From NCBI GenBank assembly GCA_963704755.1, contig OY969938.1:2730001-2762000 (forward strand): 32,000 nt of DNA. The letters are read 5' to 3'. The position numbers and the translations under genes were made by a program. Source of the DNA: an uncultured Chloroflexia bacterium. GTDB taxonomy: Bacteria; Chloroflexota; Anaerolineae; Anaerolineales; Anaerolineaceae. Shown here piece by piece: positions 1 through 10,329 of the stretch (position 1 is its first letter; every line of letters starts with the position of its first letter). Below the pieces are notes generated by a model that saw only the letters and a list, made by a program, of their open reading frames with translations, did not search any database and was not told the origin of the DNA.

Positions 1-473
1 TTCAAGGCCGATTCTTCCGACTCCACCCGCGGGCGGGCGAAACCGGCCAGAATGTACAGCGGGATCGAAAGCAGCTCGAGCGCCAGGAAGACCACGATCA
101 GGTTGTAGGCTTCGCTGATCAGCATCATCCCGGCGATCGAGAACATCATCAGCACGTAGAACTCACCGCGCTCGATGCCGGTGCGCTTGAGAAAATCGTA
201 TGCCAGGCCGATGGTCACGATACCACTGATCAGGTAAATGGCGTTCAAAAATACGGCGAAACCATCCACCATAATCATGCCGCCGAAGGCGGAAGCGGCG
301 ATACCGTTCTGAGCGATATTCAGGCCCAGCGCGACTGCCATCCCGATCACGGCCAGGGTGGGCACCCAACCTTTCAGTCGCCCGGAAGTAAACAAATTCA
401 ACACCAGGAGCGCGACTGCCCAGGCGAGCAGCGCCAGGATGGGAAGAATAGATTGAAAATCTGCCTGCGTCAT
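1..473 (-). CDS. nuoN: NADH-quinone oxidoreductase subunit N (5' part only; 3' end lies beyond the left window edge)
   Basis: Missing from the ORF track because it runs off the edge. Reverse complement from ATG (471-473) reads MTQADFQSILPILALLAWAVALLVLNLF...GEFYVLMMFSIAGMMLISEAYNLIVVFLALELLSIPLYILAGF, a polytopic antiporter-like N-terminus typical of NuoN/ND2. Starts 10 nt after the nuoM stop, in the last operon position. Confidence 0.85.
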   Translation of the reverse strand, partial: MTQADFQSILPILALLAWAVALLVLNLFTSGRLKGWVPTLAVIGMAVALGLNIAQNGIAASAFGGMIMVDGFAVFLNAIYLISGIVTIGLAYDFLKRTGIERGEFYVLMMFSIAGMMLISEAYNLIVVFLALELLSIPLYILAGFARPRVESEESAL

Positions 474-483
474 TGTCACGCTC

Positions 484-1992
484 CTATGGAATCGCCAGCA
501 CCGAACTGTGCACCAGTGCCGCCAGCCCGTTCACGCTCGGGCTGATCAGGTCGAAGAAAGGTTGAGGGTGCAGGCCGATCCAGAAGATCAGCACCAGCAG
601 CGGCACCAGGATGATTATTTCACGAACGTTCAGGTCCTTCAGGCCCAGGTTGGCTTCCACTTTGACCGGCCCCAGGAAGACCTTTTCGAACATCACCAGC
701 AAATAAACGGCGGCCAAAATCACACCCAGGGCCGCTACCCCGGCGAACCAGGGGCTGTTATACACTTTGGAGCCAAACGAGCCCAACAGGATAGTGAACT
801 CGCCGACGAAACCGTTCAGCCCGGGTATGGCCATCGAGGAGAGGGTCACGATCATGGCCAGCACACCCAGCACCGGCATGACCTTCATGATCCCGCCGAA
901 CTGGCTCATCTCACGGGTGTGCCGGCGTTCGTAAAGCATGCCCACGATCAGGAACAAAGCCCCGGTACTGATGCCGTGGTTGAACATTTGCAGCACCGCA
1001 CCGGAAAGACCCTGGGCGGTGAAGGCAAAAATACCCAGCATGACGAAACCCAGGTGGCTGATCGAGGAATAGGCCACCAGTTTTTTGACGTCCGTTTGCA
1101 TCAGGGCCACCGATGCGCCATAAAGCACGCCGATGATCCCTAACACAGCGATGTACGGAGCCGCCTGCATTGAAATCTGCGGGAAGAGCGGCAGGTTGAA
1201 GCGCAGGAAGCCGTAAGCGCCCATCTTCAGCAGGACGCCGGCCAGGATCACCGACCCGGCTGTGGGGGATTCTACGTGCGCGTCGGGCAGCCAGGTGTGC
1301 AGCGGGAAGATTGGCACTTTGATGGCAAAGGCCAGGGCAAAAGCCAGGAACAGCCACAAGGATGCCGAGGCGAAAGCCCCGCGCTGCTGCACCAGCAGGG
1401 TCCAATCGAACGTGCCGGCCTTCAGCCCGATGTACAGGATCGCCAGCAGCATCAGCAGCGAGCCGATCATGGTGAACAGGATGAATTTTATGGCGGCGTA
1501 GATGCGCCGCTCACCGCCCCAGACTCCGATCAGGAAGTACATCGGGATCAGGGTGAATTCCCAGAAGACGTAGAACAACACCAGGTCCAGGGCCAGGAAC
1601 ACACCGGTCATCCCCACTTCCAGCAGCAGGAAGAACAGCATGAAGCCCTTGACCCGCTCCTGCACGGCCGACCAGGTCGAAAGGATGGCCAGCGGCGTCA
1701 GGAGTGTGGTCAACAGTACCATCAGGATGCTGATGCCATCTACCCCCAGGAAGAAATCGATTTGTATGCCGCCCACATGCAGCCAGGGCACCTGATATAC
1801 CATCTGGATCCCGGCTTCACCGCGCTGGAACTGGGCCAGCATCCATAATGAGATGCCAAAAGTCAGCAGCGAAGTGATCAATGCAACCCAGCGGATGGCG
1901 GTTTTTTGCTCTTGCTTAAGAAAGACGATGACAAAAAAACCGACCAGTGGGAAAAATGTCACCAGGATTAAGGGATTGATCCCAAAATTCAT
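484..1992 (-). CDS. nuoM: NADH-quinone oxidoreductase subunit M
   Basis: 502-aa polytopic ORF with antiporter-like NuoM/ND4 motifs FYVFWEFTLIPMYFLIGVWGG and PLHTWLPDAHVESPTAGSVILAGVLLKMGAYG. Lies between nuoL and nuoN. Confidence 0.95.
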   Translation of the reverse strand: MNFGINPLILVTFFPLVGFFVIVFLKQEQKTAIRWVALITSLLTFGISLWMLAQFQRGEAGIQMVYQVPWLHVGGIQIDFFLGVDGISILMVLLTTLLTPLAILSTWSAVQERVKGFMLFFLLLEVGMTGVFLALDLVLFYVFWEFTLIPMYFLIGVWGGERRIYAAIKFILFTMIGSLLMLLAILYIGLKAGTFDWTLLVQQRGAFASASLWLFLAFALAFAIKVPIFPLHTWLPDAHVESPTAGSVILAGVLLKMGAYGFLRFNLPLFPQISMQAAPYIAVLGIIGVLYGASVALMQTDVKKLVAYSSISHLGFVMLGIFAFTAQGLSGAVLQMFNHGISTGALFLIVGMLYERRHTREMSQFGGIMKVMPVLGVLAMIVTLSSMAIPGLNGFVGEFTILLGSFGSKVYNSPWFAGVAALGVILAAVYLLVMFEKVFLGPVKVEANLGLKDLNVREIIILVPLLVLIFWIGLHPQPFFDLISPSVNGLAALVHSSVLAIP

Positions 1993-2056
1993 AACCAGCC
2001 CTCAGTCAACGTAGTTTCCCGGTCCATCGGGTGCCGCGTCCCCCGCACAGCGCCTA

Positions 2057-4012
2057 TCAATGCAGCACCAGGTAGGTGATGATGGCCACCACCCCAAAAA
2101 AGATCGTTAGCGCGTACGAACGCACGTACCCATTTTCTAGTTTGCGCAGCGCAGCGGAGCCGCCGCGCACGGTTGTAGCCAGACCATTGACCAGCCCGTC
2201 GATGGCGCCCTGGTCCACCGGGTGAGCCAGGAAATTAGCCAGCCCCTGGTACGGCTTGAGGATGACCGCCTGGTAAAGCTCATCCACCCACCATTTGTGT
2301 TGCAGGGCGCTGAAAATTCCGCCCAGGCTGTGGGCGAGTGGATCCGGTTCGGCTGCCGAGCTGATGGGTTTGCGCCCGTAGATCAGCCAGCCAACCAGCA
2401 GCCCCAGCAAGGCGACTACCGTAGAGATGACCGCCACCAAAGGCACAAAGGCGGATTGCTCGACCGCGTATAGGCTGTGTTCCAGCCATTTTTCCAGGCT
2501 GCTGATGCCCGGGAAGTTCAAGCCGCCGCCCAGGACCGAGAGCGCGGCCAGGATAATCAGCGGTACGGTCACTACCGCCGGGCTCTCTTTGGCGTGTTGG
2601 GCGGCTTCGCTTCGGTTGGGCCCGAAGAAGACCAGCACAATCTGGCGGGCCATGTAGAAGGCCGTCAGGAAAGCGGCCAGGGCCAGCACCAGATACAGCC
2701 CAAAGCCGGTCTTGCTGGCCGCAGCCAGGATTTCGTCTTTGGAGAAGAACCCGGCCAGCGGAGCAATGCCCGAAAGGGCCAGCGCCCCAATGGTATACAC
2801 CCAAAACGTGACCGGCATCTGTTTGCGCAGCCCGCCCATATTACGCATGTCCTGCGGGTCGAATTCACTGTGTTCGCCGCCCGCGGCATGCTCATGACCG
2901 TGCTCCATACCCATAATGACCGACCCGGCGCTGAGGAACAACAAAGCTTTGAAGAAAGCGTGGGTAACCAGGTGGAACATACCGGCTACCGTGGCGCCCA
3001 TGCCGACCGCCGCCACCATATAGCCCAACTGGCTGATGGTGGAATAGGCCAGCACCTTCTTGATGTCGTTCTGCCCTACCGCGATGGTGGCCGCGAACAG
3101 GGCGGTGGCCGCGCCGATCCACATGACCGCGGCCTGAGCGGCCGGGGCCTGGACGTACAGCGCCTGCGAGCGGGCGATCAAATACACCCCGGCGGTAACC
3201 ATTGTGGCGGCATGGATCAGGGCCGAGACCGGGGTCGGGCCGGCCATGGCGTCCGGCAGCCAGACGTACAGCGGGATCTGGGCCGATTTACCGGTTACAC
3301 CCAGCAGCAGGAACAGGGTTATGGCCAGAACGGCGCCCGGGGCTGCCTGAGGGGCTGCCGCGAACACTTTGGTAAAATCGAACGTGCCAAAGTTGTAAAA
3401 GATCAGGAACATGGCGATCAACAGGCCAAAATCGCCGATCCGGTTGGCCACCATGGCCTTCTTGGCCGCTTTGGCGTTGCCGATCCCGTCCGCGCCTTTC
3501 TCGAACCAGAAGCCGATCAGCAGGTAAGAGCACAACCCCACACCTTCCCAGCCGACGAACAGCATCAGGAAGTTATCGGCCGTGACCAGGATCATCATCA
3601 TCAGAATGAACAGGTTCATGTAGATGAAGAAGCGCTGGAAGCGGCTGGGATCGCCGTTATGGCGGACATCGTTGTGCATATAGCCGATCGAGTAGATGTG
3701 GATCAGCGTGCCCACGCCTGAAACCACCAGCATCATCACCGCCGAGAGGGTATCCACGCGGAAGTTCCAACCTACATTCAAGTCACCCAGGCTGATCCAG
3801 TTGGCCAGCGGATAAACGGCGCCTTCCGGCTGGCGGGTCAGGCCGTAAGCCAGCAGCACGGCCGTGACGAAGGCCAGGCCGGCACCCAGGCTGCCGACGA
3901 TGCCGGAGCCTTTCTCGCCCAGCTTCTTGCCGAACAAAATATTGACCGCCATACCGATCAGCGGGAAGAAGATTACCCAGGGCGCCAGCACAAAGAGAGG
4001 ATCCATGGTCAT
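2057..4012 (-). CDS. nuoL: NADH-quinone oxidoreductase subunit L
   Basis: 651-aa polytopic ORF with NuoL/ND5 motifs VGWEGVGLCSYLLIGFWFEKG and IPLYVWLPDAMAGPTPVSALIHAATMVTAGVYL, plus a long C-terminal extension with extra TM helices. Confidence 0.95.
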   Translation of the reverse strand: MTMDPLFVLAPWVIFFPLIGMAVNILFGKKLGEKGSGIVGSLGAGLAFVTAVLLAYGLTRQPEGAVYPLANWISLGDLNVGWNFRVDTLSAVMMLVVSGVGTLIHIYSIGYMHNDVRHNGDPSRFQRFFIYMNLFILMMMILVTADNFLMLFVGWEGVGLCSYLLIGFWFEKGADGIGNAKAAKKAMVANRIGDFGLLIAMFLIFYNFGTFDFTKVFAAAPQAAPGAVLAITLFLLLGVTGKSAQIPLYVWLPDAMAGPTPVSALIHAATMVTAGVYLIARSQALYVQAPAAQAAVMWIGAATALFAATIAVGQNDIKKVLAYSTISQLGYMVAAVGMGATVAGMFHLVTHAFFKALLFLSAGSVIMGMEHGHEHAAGGEHSEFDPQDMRNMGGLRKQMPVTFWVYTIGALALSGIAPLAGFFSKDEILAAASKTGFGLYLVLALAAFLTAFYMARQIVLVFFGPNRSEAAQHAKESPAVVTVPLIILAALSVLGGGLNFPGISSLEKWLEHSLYAVEQSAFVPLVAVISTVVALLGLLVGWLIYGRKPISSAAEPDPLAHSLGGIFSALQHKWWVDELYQAVILKPYQGLANFLAHPVDQGAIDGLVNGLATTVRGGSAALRKLENGYVRSYALTIFFGVVAIITYLVLH

Positions 4013-4015
4013 CCG

Positions 4016-4315
4016 TTATCCTTTCAGGCTGCTCATCTGGTCGATATCAATGGTCTTCTTGGCGCGGAAAATGGCGACCATCAAGGCCAGGCCCACGGCG
4101 ACTTCAGCAGCGGCCGTGGTCATCACGAAAAAGACGAACAAATCGCCATCCAGCACCATGTGATAAGCGGCAAAGGCCACAAAGACCAGGTTGGCGGCGT
4201 TGAACATCAATTCGAGCGACATGAACACGATTAACGGGTTGCGGCGCAGCACCACGCCTAAAATCCCGATGGTGAACATAAAAACAGACAGGATCAAATA
4301 ATAGCTAATGGGCAT
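4016..4315 (-). CDS. nuoK: NADH-quinone oxidoreductase subunit K
   Basis: 99-aa protein with three TM helices and the motif MTTAAAEVAVGLALMVAIFR, typical of NuoK/ND4L. Its stop lies 3 nt from the nuoL start. Confidence 0.93.
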   Translation of the reverse strand: MPISYYLILSVFMFTIGILGVVLRRNPLIVFMSLELMFNAANLVFVAFAAYHMVLDGDLFVFFVMTTAAAEVAVGLALMVAIFRAKKTIDIDQMSSLKG

Positions 4316-4321
4316 GCTGGC

Positions 4322-4864
<543 letters not shown>

Positions 4865-4876
4865 TTCCTTTCCTTC

Positions 4877-5368
4877 CTAATCCGTCGGGTCTTTCATCTC
4901 CGGGACGGAGCGAGTGAACATACCAGGAGTGGTCTTCTGCGGGGTAGGTTTGCCGCCTTCTGGCACCGGTTCGATGAGCATATCTTTAGTGTAGATCGAT
5001 TCGTTGCGACCGGTGAAGGACAGTTCGTAATTGTCGCCCAGGACGATTGCCTCGGTCGGGCAGGCATCTTCGCAAAACCCGCAGAAGATGCAGCGCAGCA
5101 TGTTGATCTGGTAGGTGCTGGCGTAGCGGTCACCCGGCGAGTAGCGCTCTTCGTCCGTGTTTTCCGAGGCCTCGACAAAGATGGCGTCCGAGGGGCAGGC
5201 TGCCGCACACAACGAGCAGCCGATACATTTTTCCAGGCCGTTATCGTAACGTTTGAGTACGTGGCGCCCCTTGAAGCGGTTGCGCACGGGTCTTTTCTCT
5301 TCCGGATATTGAATGGTTACCGGGGGAGCGAAAAATTCTTTGAGGGTAGTAAATAAACCTTTAAGCAT
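4877..5368 (-). CDS. nuoI: NADH-quinone oxidoreductase subunit I (2x[4Fe-4S] ferredoxin-type)
   Basis: 163 aa with two CxxCxxCxxxCP motifs: CIGCSLCAAACP and CIFCGFCEDACP. Confidence 0.95.
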   Translation of the reverse strand: MLKGLFTTLKEFFAPPVTIQYPEEKRPVRNRFKGRHVLKRYDNGLEKCIGCSLCAAACPSDAIFVEASENTDEERYSPGDRYASTYQINMLRCIFCGFCEDACPTEAIVLGDNYELSFTGRNESIYTKDMLIEPVPEGGKPTPQKTTPGMFTRSVPEMKDPTD

Positions 5369-5372
5369 AGAT

Positions 5373-6401
5373 TTAACCTCCTGTCAGCACCACGATAGCC
5401 GCTGTGATCAGGACATTGGCCAATCCAACCGGGAACATGATTTTCCAGCCGAGCTGCATCAACTTGTCGTAACGGATGCGTGGCAGGGTGGCGCGGATCC
5501 AGATCATCAGGAACAGCCATACTCCAACTTTAATCAGCAGCCAGAGTGGTCCCGAGGCAAACAGCCAGCCAATGACCGGCAGGTGCGAGAGGCCGGCCAG
5601 CGGTGAAAGGTAGCCGCCCAGGAAGAGCGAGGAACCGATCATCGCCACGGCGATCATCTTGATGTACTCGGCCATGAAGAACAGCGCGAACTTCATGCCG
5701 GAATATTCACTGTGATAGCCGGCGGTCAACTCTTGCTCGGCTTCGGGCATATCGAACGGCGCCCGGTTGACCTCGGCCAGCGATGCGATAAAAAAGAGCA
5801 CGAAACCGATTGGCTGGATGAAGATATACCAGAGTTTCGCCTGCCCGTTGACGATATCGATGAAGCTCATCGAACCGGCCAGCAGGATCGGCCCAACGAA
5901 AGAAAGCCCCAGGGCCAGTTCATAGCTAACCATCTGGGCTGTGGAACGCAGCCCGCCCATGGTGGCGTATTTATTGTTGGAAGACCAGCCTGCCAGGGTA
6001 ATCCCATATACAGATATCGAAGTGACGGCCATGACGTATAGCACGCCTACATTAATATCCGTCAAATACAGCGGAATTGTCCGCCCGCCGATGGTGAAAC
6101 TGGTTCCCCACGGGATGACGGCCGTGATAATCAAGGCGGGGATGACGGTGATTATAGGAGCCAGGAAAAAGATCAACTTATCCGCATTGGCGGGCGTCAG
6201 CTCTTCTTTGAAGATCAGCTTGATAGCATCCGCGATTGGCTGTAATAAGCCTTGCCAGCCGGCCCGGTTAGGGCCGATACGCGCCTGCATGCGGGCCAGC
6301 ACTTTGCGCTCATACAGGGTGGTATAGGCGAAGCCACCTGTCATGAACAAGATAATAAACAGCGATTTTATGATCCATTCCCAGACCAGGCCTGCACTCA
6401 T
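5373..6401 (-). CDS. nuoH: NADH-quinone oxidoreductase subunit H
   Basis: 342-aa polytopic protein with NuoH/ND1 signatures YERKVLARMQARIGPNRAG and LAEVNRAPFDMPEAEQELTAGYHSEYSGMKFALFFMAEY. Confidence 0.96.
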   Translation of the reverse strand: MSAGLVWEWIIKSLFIILFMTGGFAYTTLYERKVLARMQARIGPNRAGWQGLLQPIADAIKLIFKEELTPANADKLIFFLAPIITVIPALIITAVIPWGTSFTIGGRTIPLYLTDINVGVLYVMAVTSISVYGITLAGWSSNNKYATMGGLRSTAQMVSYELALGLSFVGPILLAGSMSFIDIVNGQAKLWYIFIQPIGFVLFFIASLAEVNRAPFDMPEAEQELTAGYHSEYSGMKFALFFMAEYIKMIAVAMIGSSLFLGGYLSPLAGLSHLPVIGWLFASGPLWLLIKVGVWLFLMIWIRATLPRIRYDKLMQLGWKIMFPVGLANVLITAAIVVLTGG

Positions 6402-6415
6402 GTTTTCTCTCTCCT

Positions 6416-8902
6416 CTATGCCTCTGGCTCGGGAGCCAATTGCCGTATGGTTACGGCCACCGGGTTAACCACGGGGATCCCAACGCTGCGCGGGACCAGT
6501 CCAACGCCTTCGGGAAGGCCCTCCAGGATAATCAGGCCGGCTTGCGCTTTCCAGCCCTCTGCCGATAATTCGATTCGCTGGCTGCTGTTCAGACCCAGGC
6601 GTTCGGCCGTCTGCGCACCCATCCACACGGCGGTTTGGGCCAGGCGCTGGTGCAGCAGGGTAGAGGGCATCACGGTCGTACCGCGGTCGTACAGGCGCGT
6701 CACGGGCACCAGCAGCAGGCTGTCTTTATCTACAGCGGGCAGCTTGGCGTCCGGCGCCGCTTGCGGGGTACTTTCGTTTTGAGCCAACGGCAGGGGGATG
6801 CCCAGGCCCTGGTGGTTGTCGTAAGCCGTGCCGCCGTAATAAAGATCGGCCCGCCCGACGATGGGCCATTGCTCGCTGGTTTCGCTCAACCGCTGGTAAG
6901 ACAGGCCGGCGTAAGGCTTGATCGCCTCGGCCAACTTTAGCAGCACCAGGGATGGAGCGCGTCCCTCGATATTCAGGCCCAGGCGCTGGCCAATTTGAGC
7001 GGCGATGGCGTAATCGGCCTGCGCGCCGGGGCGCGGCGACAAGGCCGGGTAATAGCGCTGCACCCGCCGTTCGGCGGAAGTCAGGCTACCTTCACGTTCG
7101 GTAAAAGCCATAACGGGCAGTACCAGATCCGCCCGTTGAGCCGTTTCGGTCAGGAAGAGCTCCTGGACGATCACAAATCCGGCCCGGTTGACCAATTCGA
7201 GCAGGGCCGGGTCATCCCCGGCCGGGTCGGCCGCCGCGATCAACAGCACGTCCGCGCTGCCCAATTGCTCGGCCAGATCGACCGCCGGGCGGAAGCCGGT
7301 ATCCCAGGCGCCCTGTACATTGGCCCGGTCCCAGACTGCCAGCAGGCCATTGTTGGCCTGGCCGACCTTGCCGTGCGACGCGACCAGGGCAGCCGCGGTC
7401 TGCGCCAGGGCTTGTGACCCTTCCAGGCCCAGGCCCTCGCTGCCGTACACAACCAGGGCGTCTTCGGCGGCACGGAAGGCCTCTATTGCAGCGCGATACT
7501 CTTCGGCAGCCTCAGCGCCGGGCAGGAAAGCGTTCAAAGCCCCGGCTTCTTCGCCGTAAGCATAACGTAACGTAAAGGCTGCGTATTTATCCAGGCGCGT
7601 GGCCCGCGGATTGAGCACGATTAAGGTTGCTCCGCGCTGAGCGGCCTGCTTGATGCGCAGCCAGTACAGCGGGGCTTCTTCGTGCAGATCGCTGGCCACC
7701 ACCAGGATGGCGCTGCCCTTGCCCATGTCGCTAAAGTTGCTGCCGGCGCCCAGGCCATAAACCGCGGTCAGGTCACCGCCGGCCATGCAGGAGTACAGCA
7801 GGGCTTTGGCCTGGCTCCCGTCGGCCAGGGCGTGCAGGTTGTACAGGTCTTCGTTGGAAAGCCGCCCGCCGGCCAGCACGGCCGGGTTATGGGCATCTTT
7901 CAACTTGGCAGCGGCCAGGTCGAGCGCTTCCTTCCAACTGACCGGCACCAGCTTGTTATCTTTACGCGCTAGCGGTTCGCTCAGGCGTTCATTCGATTCG
8001 GTGTATTGGTAGGCAAACCGGCCTTTGTCGCAGATCCACAGTTCGTTGACCTGCTCGTTCTGGCGTGGCATCACCCGCTTGATCACCGGATCGCCGCCAG
8101 CTTTGGCTTCGCGGCGCACGTTGAAGGTAATATTGCAGCCTACCGGGCATTGGGTACAGATCGAAGCGGCCGGGGTCAGTTCCCAGGGCCGGGCTCCAAA
8201 GCGGAAATCGGCCGTGGTCAGCGCGCCGACCGGGCAAATGTCGGTGGTGTTACCCGAAAAGATCGAATCGAAGCCCGGCTCGGATGCAGTGACAATTTGC
8301 ATCTTGCGCCCGCGCTCGCTGAAATTGAGTACCGGCTCGTCCACGATCTCATCCTGGAAGCGGACGCAGCGGCCGCATTGGATGCAGCGCTCGCGGTCCA
8401 GGAAAATTAGCTCGCCCAACGGCACTCGTTTGGCCAGGTGCTGTTTTTCCGAGAACATAAAGCGTGACTGGCCTGGGCCAAAGCCCATGGTCTGGTTTTG
8501 CAGCGGGCATTCGCCGCCCTTGTCGCACACCGGGCAGTCCAGCGGGTGAGAGGTCAGCAGGAATTCGACCACTTCTTTGTGTGCGGCCGCGGCGGCCTCG
8601 GAATGGGTCAGCACGATCATGCCCTCGGATACCGGGGTGGTGCAGCCCGTTTCCAGCTTGGGCCCAAACTGAATCTTGGGGGTGCCGTCTTCGTTGAGGA
8701 CCACCTCGCGGGTGCTGCGGTCGATGACCGGCCGCCCAATTTCTACCAGGCACATGCGGCACATCCCCACCGGTTCCATCTTGGGATGGTAGCAAAATAC
8801 CGGGATATCGATCCCTACTTTCTTGGCGGCGTCCACAATCAGGGTGCCGGCCGGGACCGTTAGCTGTTTGTCGTCGATTTTCAACGTAATCGTTTTCGTC
8901 AT
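6416..8902 (-). CDS. nuoG: NADH-quinone oxidoreductase subunit G (75-kDa type, molybdopterin-oxidoreductase-like C-terminus)
   Basis: 828 aa. N-terminal 2Fe-2S fold (CYHPKMEPVGMCRMCLVEIG), His/Cys cluster motif HPLDCPVCDKGGECPLQ, CIQCGRCVRF and CPVGALT, followed by a long MopB-like domain. Confidence 0.95.
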   Translation of the reverse strand: MTKTITLKIDDKQLTVPAGTLIVDAAKKVGIDIPVFCYHPKMEPVGMCRMCLVEIGRPVIDRSTREVVLNEDGTPKIQFGPKLETGCTTPVSEGMIVLTHSEAAAAAHKEVVEFLLTSHPLDCPVCDKGGECPLQNQTMGFGPGQSRFMFSEKQHLAKRVPLGELIFLDRERCIQCGRCVRFQDEIVDEPVLNFSERGRKMQIVTASEPGFDSIFSGNTTDICPVGALTTADFRFGARPWELTPAASICTQCPVGCNITFNVRREAKAGGDPVIKRVMPRQNEQVNELWICDKGRFAYQYTESNERLSEPLARKDNKLVPVSWKEALDLAAAKLKDAHNPAVLAGGRLSNEDLYNLHALADGSQAKALLYSCMAGGDLTAVYGLGAGSNFSDMGKGSAILVVASDLHEEAPLYWLRIKQAAQRGATLIVLNPRATRLDKYAAFTLRYAYGEEAGALNAFLPGAEAAEEYRAAIEAFRAAEDALVVYGSEGLGLEGSQALAQTAAALVASHGKVGQANNGLLAVWDRANVQGAWDTGFRPAVDLAEQLGSADVLLIAAADPAGDDPALLELVNRAGFVIVQELFLTETAQRADLVLPVMAFTEREGSLTSAERRVQRYYPALSPRPGAQADYAIAAQIGQRLGLNIEGRAPSLVLLKLAEAIKPYAGLSYQRLSETSEQWPIVGRADLYYGGTAYDNHQGLGIPLPLAQNESTPQAAPDAKLPAVDKDSLLLVPVTRLYDRGTTVMPSTLLHQRLAQTAVWMGAQTAERLGLNSSQRIELSAEGWKAQAGLIILEGLPEGVGLVPRSVGIPVVNPVAVTIRQLAPEPEA

Positions 8903-9045
8903 AAGCGGCTCAATCTAAATAAAGTGTCAGGTGTCATGGCGTGGTGTGGAGGGTGGGTGAAGGGCTCATTAATGATATTTGTGTTAGGCCAGATTGCTTT
9001 GTCGACCATACCGCGCCCATAACCACCATCTTTGTTCAAAATATC

Positions 9046-10329
9046 TTAAGGTACGGGTGCTTCCTGCTCCTGGGGTTCTTCTTGCTCCACTTTCGCCAGG
9101 TAATCCTCACGGAATTTGGCGATGCTGGTCATGACCGGCTGGATCGAGAACTCGCCCAGGGCACACAGGCATTTATTGCGGATCTGTTTGGCAACGGTAT
9201 CCAACAGCTCCACGTCATCCGCAGTGGGATGTTCGCCGTTGATCCGCTGCAGGATGCGCTGCATCCAGAAAGTGCCTTCGCGGCAGGGGGTGCACTTGCC
9301 GCACGACTCGTGTTTGAAGAAATCGGTTGTCTTACCGGCCAGCCAGGCCATGTTGACCGTGTCATCCAGGATGATGACCGAGGCTGAGCCGAGTTGGGCG
9401 CCCAGCGTACTAACCAATTCGTAATCCATGGGGGTGTCCAGGGCTTTGTCATCCGCCACCAGGATGGCCGACGAGGCCCCGGCCGACATGATCGCCTTGA
9501 TCTGGTGCCCGTCCGGGATGCCCCCGCCGTGCTCGAAGATCAGCTCGCGGAAGGTGGTTCCCAGGGGCAGCTCGTAGTTGCCCGGTTTATTGATCTTGCC
9601 CGACAGGGAGAAGATCTTTACCCCCGGGCTTTTTTCGGTGCCGATTTCACGGTACCAGGCCGGCCCTTTGGTGATGATCGGCGGCAGGTTGGTCAGCGTT
9701 TCGACGTTGTTGATCACCGTCGGGCGGGCGTACAGACCGGCTACCGCCGGGAAGGGCGGGCGCAGGCGCGGCTGCCCGCGTTTACCCTCGATCGATTCGA
9801 GCAAGGCGGTCTCTTCGCCGCAGATGTAAGCCCCGGCGCCCATGTGGACGACCAGGCGCAGCGAATAATCCGTGCCGAACAGGTTGTCGCCCAGCAAGCC
9901 GGCTTCTTCCAGCTCGGTCACCTTCTCGTCCAGCTTTTCACCGATTTGCCAGAACTCACCCCGTAAATAGGCATAGGAGCGTTGGGCCTGGACCGCGTAA
10001 GAAGCGATCATCAGCCCTTCCAGGAATTGGAAGGGGTTGCCTTCCAGGATTTCGCGGTCCTTGAACGTGCCCGGCTCCGATTCGTCCGCGTTGGCGACGA
10101 CGTAATGCGGCCAGAGGTCGGTGGGGCAAAAACTCCACTTGACTCCGGTGGGGAAACCCGCGCCGCCGCGTCCGCGCAGCCCGGAATCTTTAACCTGCTG
10201 CATGATCTCGGCCGGGGTGAACTGGGTGACCGCCTTGGTAAAGGCCTCGAAACCGCCGTTCTGGCGGTAAACCTCGAGCTGGTCCAGGTTCGGGATGTCA
10301 CGATGGCGCAGCAGAATATAGTCGCTCAT
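9046..10329 (-). CDS. nuoF: NADH-quinone oxidoreductase subunit F (NADH/FMN-binding)
   Basis: I place the start at ATG 10327-10329 (MSDYILLRHRD...), which overlaps the nuoE stop as ATGA. Carries the FMN/NADH motif GLRGRGGAGFPTG and the N3 cluster motif ESCGKCTPCREG. The ORF-track start at 10476 would add a 49-aa Arg/Pro-rich extension lying inside nuoE. Confidence 0.93.
   Translation of the reverse strand: MSDYILLRHRDIPNLDQLEVYRQNGGFEAFTKAVTQFTPAEIMQQVKDSGLRGRGGAGFPTGVKWSFCPTDLWPHYVVANADESEPGTFKDREILEGNPFQFLEGLMIASYAVQAQRSYAYLRGEFWQIGEKLDEKVTELEEAGLLGDNLFGTDYSLRLVVHMGAGAYICGEETALLESIEGKRGQPRLRPPFPAVAGLYARPTVINNVETLTNLPPIITKGPAWYREIGTEKSPGVKIFSLSGKINKPGNYELPLGTTFRELIFEHGGGIPDGHQIKAIMSAGASSAILVADDKALDTPMDYELVSTLGAQLGSASVIILDDTVNMAWLAGKTTDFFKHESCGKCTPCREGTFWMQRILQRINGEHPTADDVELLDTVAKQIRNKCLCALGEFSIQPVMTSIAKFREDYLAKVEQEEPQEQEAPVP

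Noticed and set aside
508-3721. Long antisense or alternate-frame ORFs inside nuoM and nuoL (508-1143 +, 1276-1848 +, 2477-3721 +, 911-1405 -, 2280-2804 -)
   Set aside because: They overlap strongly supported complex I genes and have His/Gln/Arg/Asp-rich low-complexity translations typical of shadow ORFs in high-GC DNA.
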